Shown: one piece after another, positions 27,440 to 41,727 of the stretch | Layout: each line of letters opens with the position of its first letter | Position numbering within the stretch: position 1 is the stretch's first letter | The notes under the pieces: generated by a model | What the model saw: the letters and a program-made list of their open reading frames with translations, nothing else | What the model was told of the DNA's origin: nothing | Database searches by the model: none | Source: the human T2T-CHM13v2.0 reference genome, Homo sapiens | Length of the DNA: 64,000 bases | Reading direction: 5' to 3' (one strand) | Assembly: GCF_009914755.1 (NCBI RefSeq) | Contig: NC_060925.1 | Made by a program: the position numbers and the translations under genes

Positions 27440-27945
27440 TATTCTGCCTTCAAAAAGAATGAGACCTTGCCATCTGCCACAATATGGATAAGCATAGAGG
27501 ATATTATGCTAAATGAAATAAGCCAGACGCCAAAAGAAAAATATTATATGATCTCACTTACATAGGGAATCTAAAAAAAATTCCATTATACAGAGAGAGA
27601 GAACAAAACAGCGATTACCAGAAGCAGGTGGTGTGGAGAGGAGGAAATGGGGAAATGTAGATCAGAAGATACAAAGTAGCAGAGATATAGGATAAATAAG
27701 TCTAGAGATCAAAATACAACATGAGGACTACAGGTAATAAAATTGTACTTTACATGGAATTCATGCTAAATGAGTATATTTTAGCAGCTCATTTAACAAA
27801 CAAACAAAAGTGGTTAACTATGTGAGATGATGGATATGTTAAACTGCTTCCCTACAGCAACCTTTGCAGTATCAGTATGTATCCCATAACATCATATTGC
27901 ATACCTTAAATATTCACAATAAAACTTATTTTTTTAAAAAAGCAA
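27440..27945 (+). mobile_element. L1MA-type 3' end
   Basis: ATTATGCTAAATGAAATAAGCCAG, TATGTGAGATGATGGATATGTTAA, AATAAA plus A-tail. Confidence 0.85.
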
Positions 27946-28628
27946 AGAAAATGGCAAACAAGATGAATAAATCTTTAATGATAAACTCTCAAGCATCTAC
28001 AGAGGAATTCTATTTCATGTTGTTTTGCAGTGAAGCTTCAGCATCCCTCAAATCATCATTCCCCTTCTAGAAAAGGCAGGTCCTATCAGGAACCCCTCAA
28101 CTGGACTTTATGAGTACCTGAGAGCAAAATCTGCTTGGGGCAATGGTCAAGCATCCCAGGCTATCAGCGTAGCTCAGTTGAGCTGGGATTAATATTTTGA
28201 GAATTAGAAAAATGTACTTCCAAATCCCGGAGGAGATTTCCTTGAGCCAAACTGTACTCCTTCAATATGCAGTAATTGCTGCAATGTCTCTGCCTAGAGC
28301 TTTTAAATACACCTATGAATTCCCACAAGCTGTCTGTCCACTCCTCCCAGCCTGAATGTGGGATGAGGAGATGCCCAGCCACAGAAGCCTCTGCTGCATG
28401 GCGTCTAGGGGTCATGGTGACCAGTGCACTCAGTCTCAGAAAACCAGCCCCAGCCAGAGAGATGCATAGAGTCCCATGAAAGAAGAAGGTCCAGCCTCAT
28501 CTGAGACATTTGTTTGTAGGATGCCTCTTACATCTATTCCTTGACTTATTACTGACCATTCAGCTTTTGAGGGCACTGTGTTCCCTGACTTCTTCCCACT
28601 TTTTGATGTAATTCTGCTCTGCTTCCCT

Positions 28629-28631
<3 letters not shown>

Positions 28632-28669
<38 letters not shown>
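28632..28669. repeat. (CA)19 microsatellite
   Basis: Pure dinucleotide run. Confidence 0.97.
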
Positions 28670-28671
<2 letters not shown>

Positions 28672-29752
28672 GCATGACACCTTTGTTCCTTCCATCCAAG
28701 CCATCTCTCAAACTTCCTTCTTTGTTTCCCAAATGCTCCTTTCAGGCACAGCTCATCCAGGGAATGCCAGCCCTGGTTTTGTGCGGCATCAAATGCAGCC
28801 CTTCCCATGCATAGCCCAACCCCACAGGATTTCCCCTTCCTAGGTCAGCAGGAGAAACATGGGCTCAAACAGTAGGTCTTAACTGTTCAAGGGACCTGGC
28901 AAGATTTGGGGGGGAAAGTTCCAACAAGTTCAAATAAATCCAAATTATAGGGACAGTGTTAGTTGTGATTTAGAATCAGCTAAATAACAAAGCCAAAGGC
29001 ACGAAAAGAAGGTGGGCAACACTAAGCACATTTACCCATTTCTCCTTCTGTAGTCTTCAACTTTAAACCAATGTGATTTGTGGCCCCATTATTCTGGCTG
29101 GCTAGTGTCAGAAGCCAAGAAAAAAGCAGTTAATTTCCAAGTGAGCTTGGCTCTAAATGTAGAGAGCCTCTCAGCACATTGGGGCTAGCCATATTATGGG
29201 GTCACTGTCCCCTATGACAGCCTCCAGCAGGGAACAAAAAGCCTGTATCCTGGCTGCGTTCCCTTGCCCTGGACTCTGTCCCTGATTGGGTGGGTCTCAC
29301 TCACTTGGCATATGTGTGAAGGCATCTGTCTGTTTCCTGCATTCTTCTTTGGGCTGAAACTGATTTATTTCAAAATCTGTTATGTATTTAGGATGTGTCA
29401 TGCCCAGAATACTGGGTTTCAGGGCTTTTCCAGTAACTTGTACAATTAATTACACTTTATATACGGGCTATTAGGACTTGAGCTGGCATAAGGCATATAT
29501 ATTAGGCAAGAATAGTATGCAGATGGTGTATAACAACTAAACCAATGGCTGACATTTGTGCAATGTGCTGTAGTTTGCAAAGCACTTTCACATGCCGTAT
29601 CACTTTTGGTCCTCACGATAATCCCCTTGAGATAGGTAGTAGAGGAAGAAAGATTATTACTCCCATTTTACAAGTGATAAATATGGGACTTAGAGAGGCT
29701 AAAAATGGCAGAGTCAGAACTTGACAAATTCCACTTAAGAACTCCCAGGCTG

Positions 29753-30055
29753 GGCCTGGCGCAGTGGCTCATGCCTGTAATCCCAGCACTTTGGGAGGCC
29801 GAGGCGGGCGGATCATGAGGTCAGGAGATCGAGACCATTCTGGCTAACACGGTGAAACCCCATCTCTACTAAAAATACAAAAAATTAGCCGGGCGTGGCG
29901 GGCGCCTGTAGTCCCAGCTACTTGGAGGCTGAGGCAGGAGAATGGCATGAATCTGGGAGGCGGAGCTTGCAGTGAGCGGAGATCGTGCCACCGCACTCCA
30001 GCCCGGGCGACAGAGCGAGACTCCGTCTCAAAAAAAAAAAAAAAAAGAAAAGAAA
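29753..30055 (+). mobile_element. AluY
   Basis: Y diagnostics (GAGATCGAGACCAT, GGCTAACACGG), TSD AAGAACTCC(C/T)AGGCTG. Confidence 0.95.
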
Positions 30056-30628
30056 AAGAACTCCTAGGCTGAAAAATATGCAACTTTAGCCCTTGGAGTT
30101 CTTTAGTTACTTTGTTTGAAATTTCCTGTCATTAGCCTGCGTTTACTTTTTATTTAACATCTTTATTAAAGTATAATTGACATACCATAAACTGCACATA
30201 TTTAAAGAGCACAACTTGGTAAGTTTTGACATATGTATATACCCGTGAAATCAGCACCATAATTAAGATAGCGAACATATCATCATTTCCAAAAGTTTCC
30301 TTGGGCCTTCCTTCTTGCTCTCCCCAACTGTCCCCAGGCAACCACTGATTTGCTTCCTGTCACTATATATCAGTTTGCATTTCTTAGGATTTTACATAAA
30401 TGAAATCTTATGGTATGTACTCTTTTTTTATTGACTTCTTTCTTGCAGCATAAGATTCAATAATTTTGTAGCATGTATCAACAATTCATTTGTTTTTATT
30501 GGGGAATTGTATTGTATTCTATTGCTATGTCACAGTTTGTTTATCCATTCACCAGTTGATTAACATTTGGCTTGATTTTGGGTTTCGGCTATTACAAATA
30601 AAGTTCCCATAAATATTTATGTACAAGT

Positions 30629-30930
<302 letters not shown>

Positions 30931-31848
30931 AGTACAAGTCTTATATAGACAAATGTCTTCATTTCTCCTGGGTCAATATGTAGAAGTGGGATGTTTGCAT
31001 AACATATTAGGTGTATGTGGAGCATTTTACAAAGCTCCCAAATTGTATTCCAAAGCGGTTGTACTATGTTACATCCTACCAGCAGTATATGAGTGTCCCA
31101 ATTCCTCCCCTTCCTTGCCAACACTAGATATACTCAGTCTTTTAATTTTAGCCAATTTAATAGGTGTGTAGCAGTAATACCTCTTGTGTATTTCCTTAAT
31201 GCACATTTCCTCAATTTGCTTTTCTTAGTGACTAATTATGTTGAGCATCTTTTCATGTGCTTATTTGCCATCTGTATATCTACATTGGCAAAATGTCTGT
31301 TAACATCTTTCGTCCATTTTAAAATTATGTTGTTTTGTTATTGTCGGGTTTTTTACAGTTCTTTCTAAATTCTGAGTATAAGTCACTTATTAGATATATG
31401 CTTTGCAAATATTTACTCACAGTCTATGGTTTGTCTGTTCATTCTCTGTCTTTTTAAAACTTTTATTAAGTCCAACTTATCAATCTGTTCTCTTCTGGAT
31501 CATGCTTTTGATATTATAACTAAGAAATCTTTGCTAAACCCAAGATAACAAAGGTTTACTCTAATGATTTCTTCTAGAAATTTTATAGTTTTAGGATTTG
31601 CATTTATGTCTATGATCCATTTTGTGTTAATTTTTGTATATGGTGAGAGGTATGGATCAAAGTTCATTTTTGCATATGGATATCCAATTAATCTATTGTA
31701 TAAAAGACTATTTTCTCACTACTTTCTGCCATTGGACGTTTGTGGAAATCACTTGTCCATAAGTGTGTACTTTGCTATTTAGTCTCTCTATTCTATTCCA
31801 TCAGTTTATCTGTTTATCTTTATACCAATACCACATTGTCTTGATTAC

Positions 31849-32590
31849 TGTGAAGTCTAGTTTTATGTGCCAATTTGGCTAGGCTATAGTACCCAGTTGT
31901 ACAATCAGACATCTATCTAGATGTTGCTGTGAAGGTATTTTGTAGATTTTTTTGTGAAAACGTTTTGTAGATGTGGTTAACATCTCCAATCAGTTGACTT
32001 TTTTTTTAAATTATACTTTAAGTTCTAGGGTACATGTGCACAACGTGCAGGTTTGTTACATATGTATATATGTGCCATGTTGGTGTGCTGCACCCATTAA
32101 CTCGTCATTTACATTAGGTATATCTCCTAATGCTATCCCTCCCCCCCTCCCCCCACCCCACAACAGGCCCTGGTGTGTGATGTTCCCCTTCCTGTGTCCA
32201 AGTGTTCTCATGTCCAACAATGATAGACTGGATTAAGAAAATGTGGCATGTATACACCATGGAATACTATGCAGCCATAAAAAATGATGAGTTCATGTCC
32301 TTTGTAGGGACATGGATGAAGCTGGAAACCATCATTCTCAGCAAACTATCACAAGGACAAAAAATCAGTTGACTTTAAGTAAAGGAGGTTACCCTCAGTA
32401 ATGTGGGTAAGTCTCATCAATCATTTGAAAGGCTTTAAGAACAAAAACTGAGGTTTCCAGGAGGAGAAGAAATTCTGCTTCACAACTGCAATCTCAACTC
32501 CTGCCTGGGCTTCCAGTGCCACCCTGCCTTACAAATTTCATACTTGCCAGCCCCCACGATCGTGTGATATACATATGAATTGAGCCAACT

Positions 32591-32626
<36 letters not shown>

Positions 32627-32695
32627 ACGGAGAGTAAGAAAGAGAGGAAAAGCACCCTATTGGTTCTGTTTCTCTAGAGACTCCTGACTGACACA
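31849..32695 (+). mobile_element. MLT2-family LTR interrupted by L1PA; contains (CA)n at 32593-32625
   Basis: TGTGA...TTTTATGTGCCAATTTGGCTAGG start, CCTGACTGACACA end, TSD ATTAC/ATCAC. Confidence 0.85.
32002..32362 (-). mobile_element. Young L1PA, 5'-truncated with inversion
   Basis: Reverse 3' terminus 32002-32210 joined to forward segment 32211-32362; TSD AATCAGTTGACTTT at 31988 and 32363. Confidence 0.93.
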
Positions 32696-34724
32696 ATCAC
32701 TATAGCTTTATAGTGATTCTTCAAATCAAGTAGTCTTAATCCTCCAACTTTGTTCTTATTCAAACTTTCCAAATCTATACTAGTCTACTCACATATAATA
32801 AAAAAGAAGGGAAAGATCACATCCCACTGAATGTTCAGGAGGAATGTCCAAAAGAGATAGTCTGAACTGGACCCTGAGGATAGGAGAATTTTCACAAATA
32901 TAGCAGAATCAGTGTTATTCCATTATAAGGGGAGGAAAGCTGCTTGAGCGAGACCTCAGAAGAATAATTTTTCCAAAATACTCTGGAAATTGGAGTCATC
33001 CAGTATGGCTAGAAAGTAAAGGGTATAGAAAAAAAAAGGCAGTATGTTTGAAAAGATACCTTGGGTTAGTGCTCTGAAACTGCCTTATACAAAAAGAAAT
33101 TTATTAATACACATAATTGAGCGATCAAAGGTTATGACATCAGGCGTGGCTGGTTCCAGAAAGCTTATTCTCTTTTGTTTTTTCTCCCTCTGTTCCCCTT
33201 TCCCCTATCCCTCTCTCTCTCTCTCTCTTGTCAACTCTGCTTTTCTTTATGTTGATTTCAGTCACAGCCAGGTCTTCTCTATTAGGTGAACTCTGACAGC
33301 TATAGGTTTATACTACCTGTATAACTTCCAATCCTTGTAGGAAGAAAGCTTCTTATTTTTATACTAGTTCTAATAAAATAAAATACAAAATCCAAGAAAC
33401 GAGTCTTATTTGACTCATCAGGTTACATGTCTACACCAGAACCACTGTGTTTATGAGATTGGGATATACTGGCTTTCTCGACCTGGGACCTGTGACCATC
33501 ATCATGGGGGAGAAAGGTAAGGTGGAAGGTGCTGAGTGAAGTCAGCAGAATTACCACATCCTTTCAACTTCCTCCCGTGGAGACTAGGTTTTTGCAATTT
33601 CAGCATTTGTTTTTTCATTTCATCCTTAAGACTTCTCTGACTGCTGTTTTATACATTGCTTCTTCCCTTTAAAAAAAAATGTTTAAACTTCTGCTTCTTT
33701 CCCCTGCAGTGTCAGTATCACATGTGCAGGTTTCAGCATATCTTGTTGCTCCCTGCTTGTCAGTCAGTTCTCTCCAGAGTTCTAGTTTATTGCTGTCACC
33801 ACTGGAGTTTGCAACAGATTTCCATTTGGTTCCTTTTGTGAATCTTATTAATATGCAGTTATCACCTCTCTCCGCATCATTAAAAGACATTAACCAAAAC
33901 CAAACCTAATAATGAAGTCTGAAGATTCTGCAGCAGTAACTCCTTCATAGAAACTAAGAAACTTGACAGAGGAGGAATTTGGGTAGGAAAATGGAAAGGG
34001 CTTCTTTTTCTAACACACAGAGTTTTCATCAATCTCAAAAGGAGACTTGGAGAGGAAAATAAAAGAACTACAGTGTAAGGTCAGAGAGATAGAAAAGTAG
34101 GTCTCAGCATCTGTTTCTGTATGTGTAAAGTAAAAATCACAGCCATGAGCAGCTGCAAGGTTTGGAGGTCTGGGGTTACAAGCTGCTGTTTAAGTGAGGA
34201 CTCAATTATTAATAGTAAGGCTAAATGGAGGCGCGGTTGACAAAGAATTTTAGTTGTTGGCTTTCCTCCTTCATGCTCTGAAACACTCACCCTTTGGTAT
34301 TAGAGGTGCTTTTCTGTGGGTTGGTGGTTTTGTTTTAGCCTGAATGTCACTCAGAGTTATCATTGCTGAAAAAAAATCATCTTTCTCCACCAACCCACAG
34401 TTGGATTTGTTTGAGTTGGACCTTTCCCTGTCTTATTCACTGTCTTGATCTTGACTGATCTTCAAAAAGTTCAAATCCGTAAGTTCACGTCCATTATCAC
34501 TCTCACCTGGACCACTGAAGCAGGTAGATGTTATTATCAGTGGCCTGCTTTGTGTATCTAGGATAGGAAAGTAAAAAAGAAAAACCACTCAATGGATTAA
34601 GGATGTGACCCTTTGAAGGCAGCATGGCCATATGTCTAGTGCTACTTAATGAGTAGTACGGGGACACGATGCAAGTTCCTTTGAGGCTGGAGCATTTAAT
34701 TATCAGCCGAAGACCCTCCCATGC

Positions 34725-37106
34725 TGGGTGCAGTGACAGAGCCCCCATCAACCTGGGTGCCTATGTGATTACAATGAGCAAAGTCTTCCTGACAATCTTT
34801 GTTGAACACATAGTCTGAGTAACCAAAAACCTTTGTTGTTTTAAATTTCTAAAATTCTAGGGTGGTTGTTTACCAAAGCATAACCTAGACTATTCTACTG
34901 ATACAAATATTGGAGCCGAAAGAAGGGCTAGTATAACAATAGCAACAACAATAATATGGCCAAATGGGGGAAAAAAAACAGTCCCGAAATATATGACATT
35001 GGCTTATGTGCCAGGTGATAGGTTGTGAGAAAACTGATATTAGAGGCTTGAAAGTTGGTAATCCACTTCATTTAATGGCAAAGCATTTTATAAAGTTGCC
35101 ACCTTCAGTCATTTTGCAGGCATATCATGCATCTAACTATTTTGGAGCCATATCGTGCTTCTAACTAGGAGAAGAGGTTGGGAAAGAATATCGTAGTGTG
35201 CACTGGTTGCTGTTGGCTATACCTGTCAAGGTCCTATAAGCAAGAGATGGTCTCAGCAAAGAATTCACTTACTTGGAAATAGGAATGAAAGAGAATAGAG
35301 AGCATCTAAAACTTCAGGGAGTGGTGGGGTTGCAAAGTCAACTGCTTCTCAATTCTAAACTATAAAAGATAAGAATGAGGAAGACTGTGAAAAACAAAGG
35401 CTAATAAAACTCAGCCTTGTGGGGAGGATCAAATTAAGGGTGTAGTCATTAAATACAGTTGTTAAGAGCTCTGAGTGGAGTAAGGCGTCTTAAAGTAAGA
35501 TCCAATGAAGGACAGGGTGCCAGTAAATCCTTTTAATTGGATAAAAGCACTCAAGGAAGGAAAGAAAGATGTGGCATGCACTTAAGTCTAGAGATAGGTT
35601 TGGGAGTGAGAAATCAAACAGCAAATAAGGGAACCACATTTGAGAAAGGGCTGAGGGAATGGTTAGTGGCACTTAAAGAGACTGAAATACAACATACGGG
35701 GAGTCTCGGCTCACTGAATTTTTGAGAGAGGCATGCAGCCAAAGGAGCCATGGGGCTTGGCTAAAAGGGCAGTGACTGTTGAGACCCTGACTTCGAATCA
35801 TTCAGGGAAGGAAGTAGACTGGAATAGATGCTCCATCTCCTATGAAATCATATTCCCCAATGCCTATTTTAGATGTAGTCAAGAGGGACAAAGAAAAATA
35901 AAGAAGCTCCCATGGAGTAGACCAGAAGTGACAGAGAATAATGGATCCAAAAGCTCCTCTAACCTGAAGAATAAGAGATTAATTAAAATATATTTCCACT
36001 CCAAGGAGAGGGCCTCAAAAGTTAACCCAGCAGGATCCAGAACTTCCACAGGCCACTCACATCTCCCATTCTCCCCCTTTCTGAATAGGTGTTATCAAGA
36101 TGATCACTTTCCTCTTCTATCACTGTGTATTGGGTGCAGCAGAAAGGAGGACGCAGAGCACATGTTTTTTTAGTTCACAGCTCCTTAAGGTCAAGAGTTG
36201 TGCCAGGCGTGGTGGCTCACACCTGCAACCCCAGCACATTGGGAGACCGAGGCAGGTGGATCACCTGAGGTCAGGAGTTCAAGACCAGCCTGGACAACAT
36301 GGTGAAACCCTATCGCTATTAAAAAAAAAAAAAAAAAATTAGCCAGGCATGGTGATGGATACCTGTGGTCCCAGCTACTCAGGAGGCTGAGGCAGGAGAA
36401 TTGCTTGAGCCTGGGAGGCAGAGGGTGCGGTGAGCTCAGATTGCACCCCAACCTGGGCGACAGAGCGAGACTCTGTTTAAAAAAAAAAAAAAGAGTTGCC
36501 GCATACAGACCTGATGGAGAAACCACAAGGTGAGATTCCGTAAGGAAGATTCCATGACGCTTCATTCAGAGATCTGAGACTTTGAATTTAATGTATTGAC
36601 TTAGCAGGATATTTATGTTATCTTGTCGGGAAAGGGAGGAGTATGTTCCACATGTATTAAGAGGACAGAACTAAATATTTGGAGACTGAAGTCAGTCTAT
36701 ATCAGATCTTTCTACTGTTATCAATACTGAGTTCTCTTCTTTGAAGAATGTAGAGACTACACTTACCCACACCCTTGAAGTCAGACATGGCCCTCTAATT
36801 AGCTCTGGCCAATGGGTTGTGGGCAGAAATGATATGGGCCAGAGCACTAAAATAACAACTCAAGACCCTCTGTCTCTGCTCATTACTAACTTGAATGACT
36901 GTGGATTACTTGAAGACCATCTTACTCCATGCAGAGGAAGGAGCTTTCATCAGCCTGGGTCCCTGAGGGACTACAATGAGAAGAAGATTTCTACCAGTCT
37001 GTTTTGAACATGCAGTGTGAGTGAGAAATACACTTTTGTTTTAAGCCACTGAAATTTTAGCAGCTGCTTGTTCTGCAGCGTAAGTTTTTCTGTTCTGAAT
37101 GATACA
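34725..37106 (+). mobile_element. MLT1 (J-like) MaLR provirus: partial 5' LTR, internal region, 3' LTR
   Basis: LTR ends ...GATACA at 34905 and 37106 share motifs (TTGTTTTAA, CCTGGGT); MLT1-int-like sequence lies between. Confidence 0.7.
36201..36490 (+). mobile_element. AluS inside MLT1-int
   Basis: Full Alu, TSD AAGAGTTG. Confidence 0.93.
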
Positions 37107-38512
37107 CTTGCCATTCCCAAAGGCAGAAAGAAGAGGTAGAACCAGGATTCAAACTCAGTTCCGTCTGACTCAGAGGTCAAATCTTGGCCATTACCTCCCT
37201 GCCAGTTGCAAGGGTGTTACTAAAGCCAATCCTTGAACTAGGGCTGATGAGTAAAATTTAGCACTGCATAACTTTGAAAAAATTAAAACATAAAGACGTT
37301 TTAACGGTCTTGGGGAGGGTAGAGAGGGAGCCTAATGTGACTGATCAGAGGACTGAGGGATGACATTGCAAAACCTCAGTTAGCTGTTTTTTTGTCTAAG
37401 AGAGATGAAAGTTAGAGGTACTTACAGATTCACTCAATGAATTGCATAATAATCAGCTATAGAAGTAAATATTAATTATATCCTATACAAAAGTTTCTAC
37501 AGCAAAATCTGAGTGACAAGTGACTATTTCTGTGTAGAAAGGGGTAGGATGGGGGAGCAGGGAAAAGTGGGAAGGAAGGAATTGATAAAAGTATATTTAG
37601 ATGAATCAACCAAATTTAACATTTCTAATTTTAGATAAAAATTGTTGAAAGGACTATAACAGATGAAATTTGAACTAGGAATTTTAATTATTATATGATA
37701 GTTGAGAAATATATTTAGATATTTATAGAATTTGGCTGCTTTTATATTTTCCTTTGAAAGTGTTATATGTTTTGATTCTTACTATACTTCTTTAATGTTA
37801 TATTCTTTAATAAGATTTGTTTTTCATCACCATAACAATAGAACTTCATGATTATAAATCTCTGTAGGAGACTGAGCCTAAAGCTATAGTCTGGAACTCA
37901 AGACGTTGGTGAGCGTGATGAGACACATTACTTTACTGACATCTAATGACTGTGTAGCTTAATGGCAGAATTTTTCTTAAAGTGGCAAATAAAATGCATT
38001 GAAGTTATACGCTAAAATCATTTAGTAATAGCTGCAAATTTTTTTTAAAATTCCTTATTCTCTATCACTTTCTTTGCCTTCCTTTATATTATATTCCTCT
38101 ACCGAATCTTTCTTTCTCTTTCTTCCTTTATCTCAGGTGCAACATATGGTTATACAAACATATATAACCTATACACCCAAGATACTCAGCACATTTCTGA
38201 AAAAAAGTCAAAAGAAGTTACTGAGCCTACCAGAGACCTAAAGCCAGAATTTCAGAGCCTCAGAAACTTGTGTAATAAGAGATCTACCAGAACTTTTATT
38301 CATTTACTTATCTAACATTTACAAATCTCACTGTGTACCAGGAAGGAAGTTGGGTGCTAAGAATTATGGGATGAAAACTGTAGAACTTGCCCTCAAGAGC
38401 TCCACTATCTTATAGGGAATAAAGGAAGTAATTTTCGTATAGTAAAGTAGAGGTAATTATAGGTCACTCTGGAGCATCCCAGATAGTCAAACCCTACCTT
38501 TGCAGACATTTT

Positions 38513-38975
38513 TTTTCTTTCTTTAATTTAATTTTATGTTACATTCCAGGATACACGTGCAGGATGTGCAGGTTTGTTACTTAAGTAAACATATGTCATG
38601 TGGTTTGCTGCACCTATCAATCCATCACTTAGGTATTAAGCCCCACATGCATTGGCTATTTATCCTAATGCTCTCCTTCCCCTCGCCCCCCCCGACAGCA
38701 CCAGTGTGTGCTGTTCCCCTCCCTGTGTGCATGTGTTCTCATTGCTCAGCTCCCACTTATGAGTGAGAACAAGCGGTGTTTGGTGTTCTGCTCCTGTGTT
38801 AGTTTGCTGAGGATATTGGCTTCCATCTCTGTCCATGTCCCTGAAAAGGACATGATCTCATTCCTTTTTATGTCTGCATAGTATTTCATGGTGTATATGT
38901 ATCACATTTTCTTTATCCAGTCTATTATTGATGGGCATTTGGGTTGATTCCATATCTTTGCTATTGTGAACAGTG
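38513..38975 (-). mobile_element. L1PA (mid-age) 3' end, 5'-truncated
   Basis: GTGCAGGTTTGTTAC, CTCCCACTTATGAGTGAGAAC; 16-bp TSD CCTTTGCA(G/T)ACATTTT at 38497 and 38976. Confidence 0.92.
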
Positions 38976-39189
38976 CCTTTGCATACATTTTAAATCATTT
39001 TCAGTTGAGTTGAGAGCATTTAGGAAAAATCAATGTATATATTACACAGAGACATCCTAGACTTGTCTCCTCCTTCTCATTTTTTGGTACTTGATAAAGG
39101 AGTTAAAGCAAATTATGTATGTAAAGTACTTACGTTAGTGTCTGAAATTAAGGAAGCACTCAACATGTTACCTATTACCATTCCTCCAT

Positions 39190-40300
39190 TCTTGTACTCA
39201 TTAGACAAGATGCCAGGCACTATGGTAAGAGTTGAGGATACTAAAGTAAAAAGACAGCCCCCGACTTTAAGGAGCTTATGAGACTAGTGGAGGAAATAGA
39301 CATGCAAATAAGCGATTCAATGCAATATGGTCACTATTAGATTCAAGGATTAGGAGTGGGAGAGTGAGAGCTGTATTAGGCTAGTGGAACCATGTATAGC
39401 TAAACTCTGAACTGAACTGTCAAGTATTAACTAGGTTTGGCCAGGGTACCGAAAAGAAGAAGGGCATTCTAGGTTGAAGGCACAGCATAAGCAAAAACAT
39501 GAAGGTTTCTGGCTGCAACAGATGTAAGCTAAAAAGAAAAACAAAATGAAAGAAAAACATGAGGGTACAAGAACACATGATCTATTCTGAGAACTTTAGG
39601 ATTACTCATGTATAAAGTGCAAGAAGACAGGGATTGGTATGGGGCTACATAGGTAACGAGAACCACATCAGGAAAGGCCTTGCAGGTCATATCAAAGAAA
39701 TCAGAATCTACATGTTAGGCCAGGGGGGTGATTCAGACTGTTAGCCCAAGGGCTTCATGGCTAAGAGATGTTTCGTTTGGTTTGCACAGTTTTTAAAAAG
39801 CAACATGCCTAGCTAGACAAGTCACAGTGTGACTGCATATTGTTTTAGCAACATTCCATGGCATGAGTTTGTGTTGCCTGCCTGTCCCTGCCAGTGTCTG
39901 TGTTTGCAAAGACAGTTCAACCTGACAGATGATTGAAAACTACTGAGGAGTTCTGAGCAGGGGAACAACATAATTATATTTATATCTCCTTGGTAGTGAC
40001 ATGGTACATAAGGCAGAGAAATTAAGAATAAGAGATAGAGACAAGTAAGAGACAGCTAAAATAATCCAGACGGGAGCACCTGAATGAGGGCAGAGGAAGA
40101 GAGGACAGATGTAAAATTGATTTAAAAATTAGAAGAATTGGTTGTCCATTTTTTGTTTGTTTGTCTCATTCCTTGGTAGTAGTGGCGAGCCGAGAACAAG
40201 AGGGGAGACTCTAGAATGCTCTCCGGTTTTTAGTTAGGGCAGCTGAGTCAATGGTACACAGAGATGCCATTCCTAGAGAAGGGTTTAGAAGGATGTGAGG
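39190..40300 (-). mobile_element. L2 fragments
   Basis: TGCCAGGCACTATGGTAAG, GGCATTCTAGGTTGAAGGCACAGCATAAGCAAA, GAAAGGCCTTGCAGG. Confidence 0.6.
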
Positions 40301-40946
40301 GTAGGTTAAGGAGTAAGATCCTGTGTTAGGTTAGGAGGAGTAGGGTCTAAGGATTTTGGTAGATATTTGGGCAAGGATGGTGGTTGGGGTAAATCACAGA
40401 CCAGTAATAAACCATGGAACTGAAACTGGAATTGAGAAAGTTCTCAGATAGCCAGTTTATTTCTCCACAACTCACAGAGGAAGGCCCCATAAGCTTGGAA
40501 TCAGGATAAGAATGCACTAGCTCTTCCAATGGCTGGTCCAAAGAGTCACAAGAAGAACAATAGTGATAACAGTAATACAATTTTGTAATAAAACTGTGTT
40601 TTACAGAATTCTAACTATGTGTGAGGGGCTGGATTATTTCTTTTATTCCTCATACTAACCTTATAAATAATAGGTGTACTTATTGTCCCCGTGTCACAGA
40701 TGTGATCACTAAGGCTTAGAGAAGTTAAATAGGTAGCCCAAGTCACACAGTAGTAAGGGGTGGAGCCAGAACTTAACTCTTGTCTCCAGATCTCCATGCC
40801 AGTTACCAGTGCAGTATTCTGGCAACTTAGGCTGGCAGGGTAACATACGGAGTTCCAGGAAGGTTGATCTCTTTCAATAAAATATCAACCCCGTCCCTCA
40901 ATATGCGCATATGCCTAAAATTTTTAACTTTAAAAAATGTATTTCT

Positions 40947-41253
<307 letters not shown>

Positions 41254-41394
41254 TTATTTCTTAGGGGCCTGAAGGGTTAGGAGGGAAAGTTTCTCAAATC
41301 CACTATTCAGGTCTAAATACCTCTGGGAGGTGAAGAGCTGGTTTGAATATACAAAGGTTCTCAGCCTCAGGGCACTTTAGAAGCACCTGGGTTG

Positions 41395-41727
41395 TTTTTT
41401 TGTTTGTTTTTTGTTTTTGTTTTTGTTTTTCTTTTTTGAGATGGAGTCTCCCTCTGTCGCCCAGGCTGGAGTGCAGTGGCCTGATCTTGTAATCTCCGCT
41501 CACCGCAAGCGTCGCCTCCCGGGTTCGCGCCATTCTCCTGCCTCCGCCTCCCGAGTAGCTGGGACTACATGAGCGCCCGCCACTATGCCCGGCTAATTTT
41601 TGTATTTTTAGTAGAGACAGAGTTTCACTGTGTTAGCCAGGATGGTCTCGATCTCCTGACCTCGTGATCCGCCAGCCTTGGCCTCCCAAAGTGCTGGGAT
41701 TACAGGCGTGAGCCACCGTGCCCGGCT
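41395..41727 (-). mobile_element. AluY inserted in a MER5-like element
   Basis: Reverse AluY with (TTTTTG)n tail, TSD-like ACCTGGG...TGTTTTT. Confidence 0.93.

Noticed and set aside
33540-33950. Stretch with several overlapping 60-76 aa ORFs that looked like a decayed exon
   Set aside because: No frame resembles a protein I recognise; a tblastx search would be needed.
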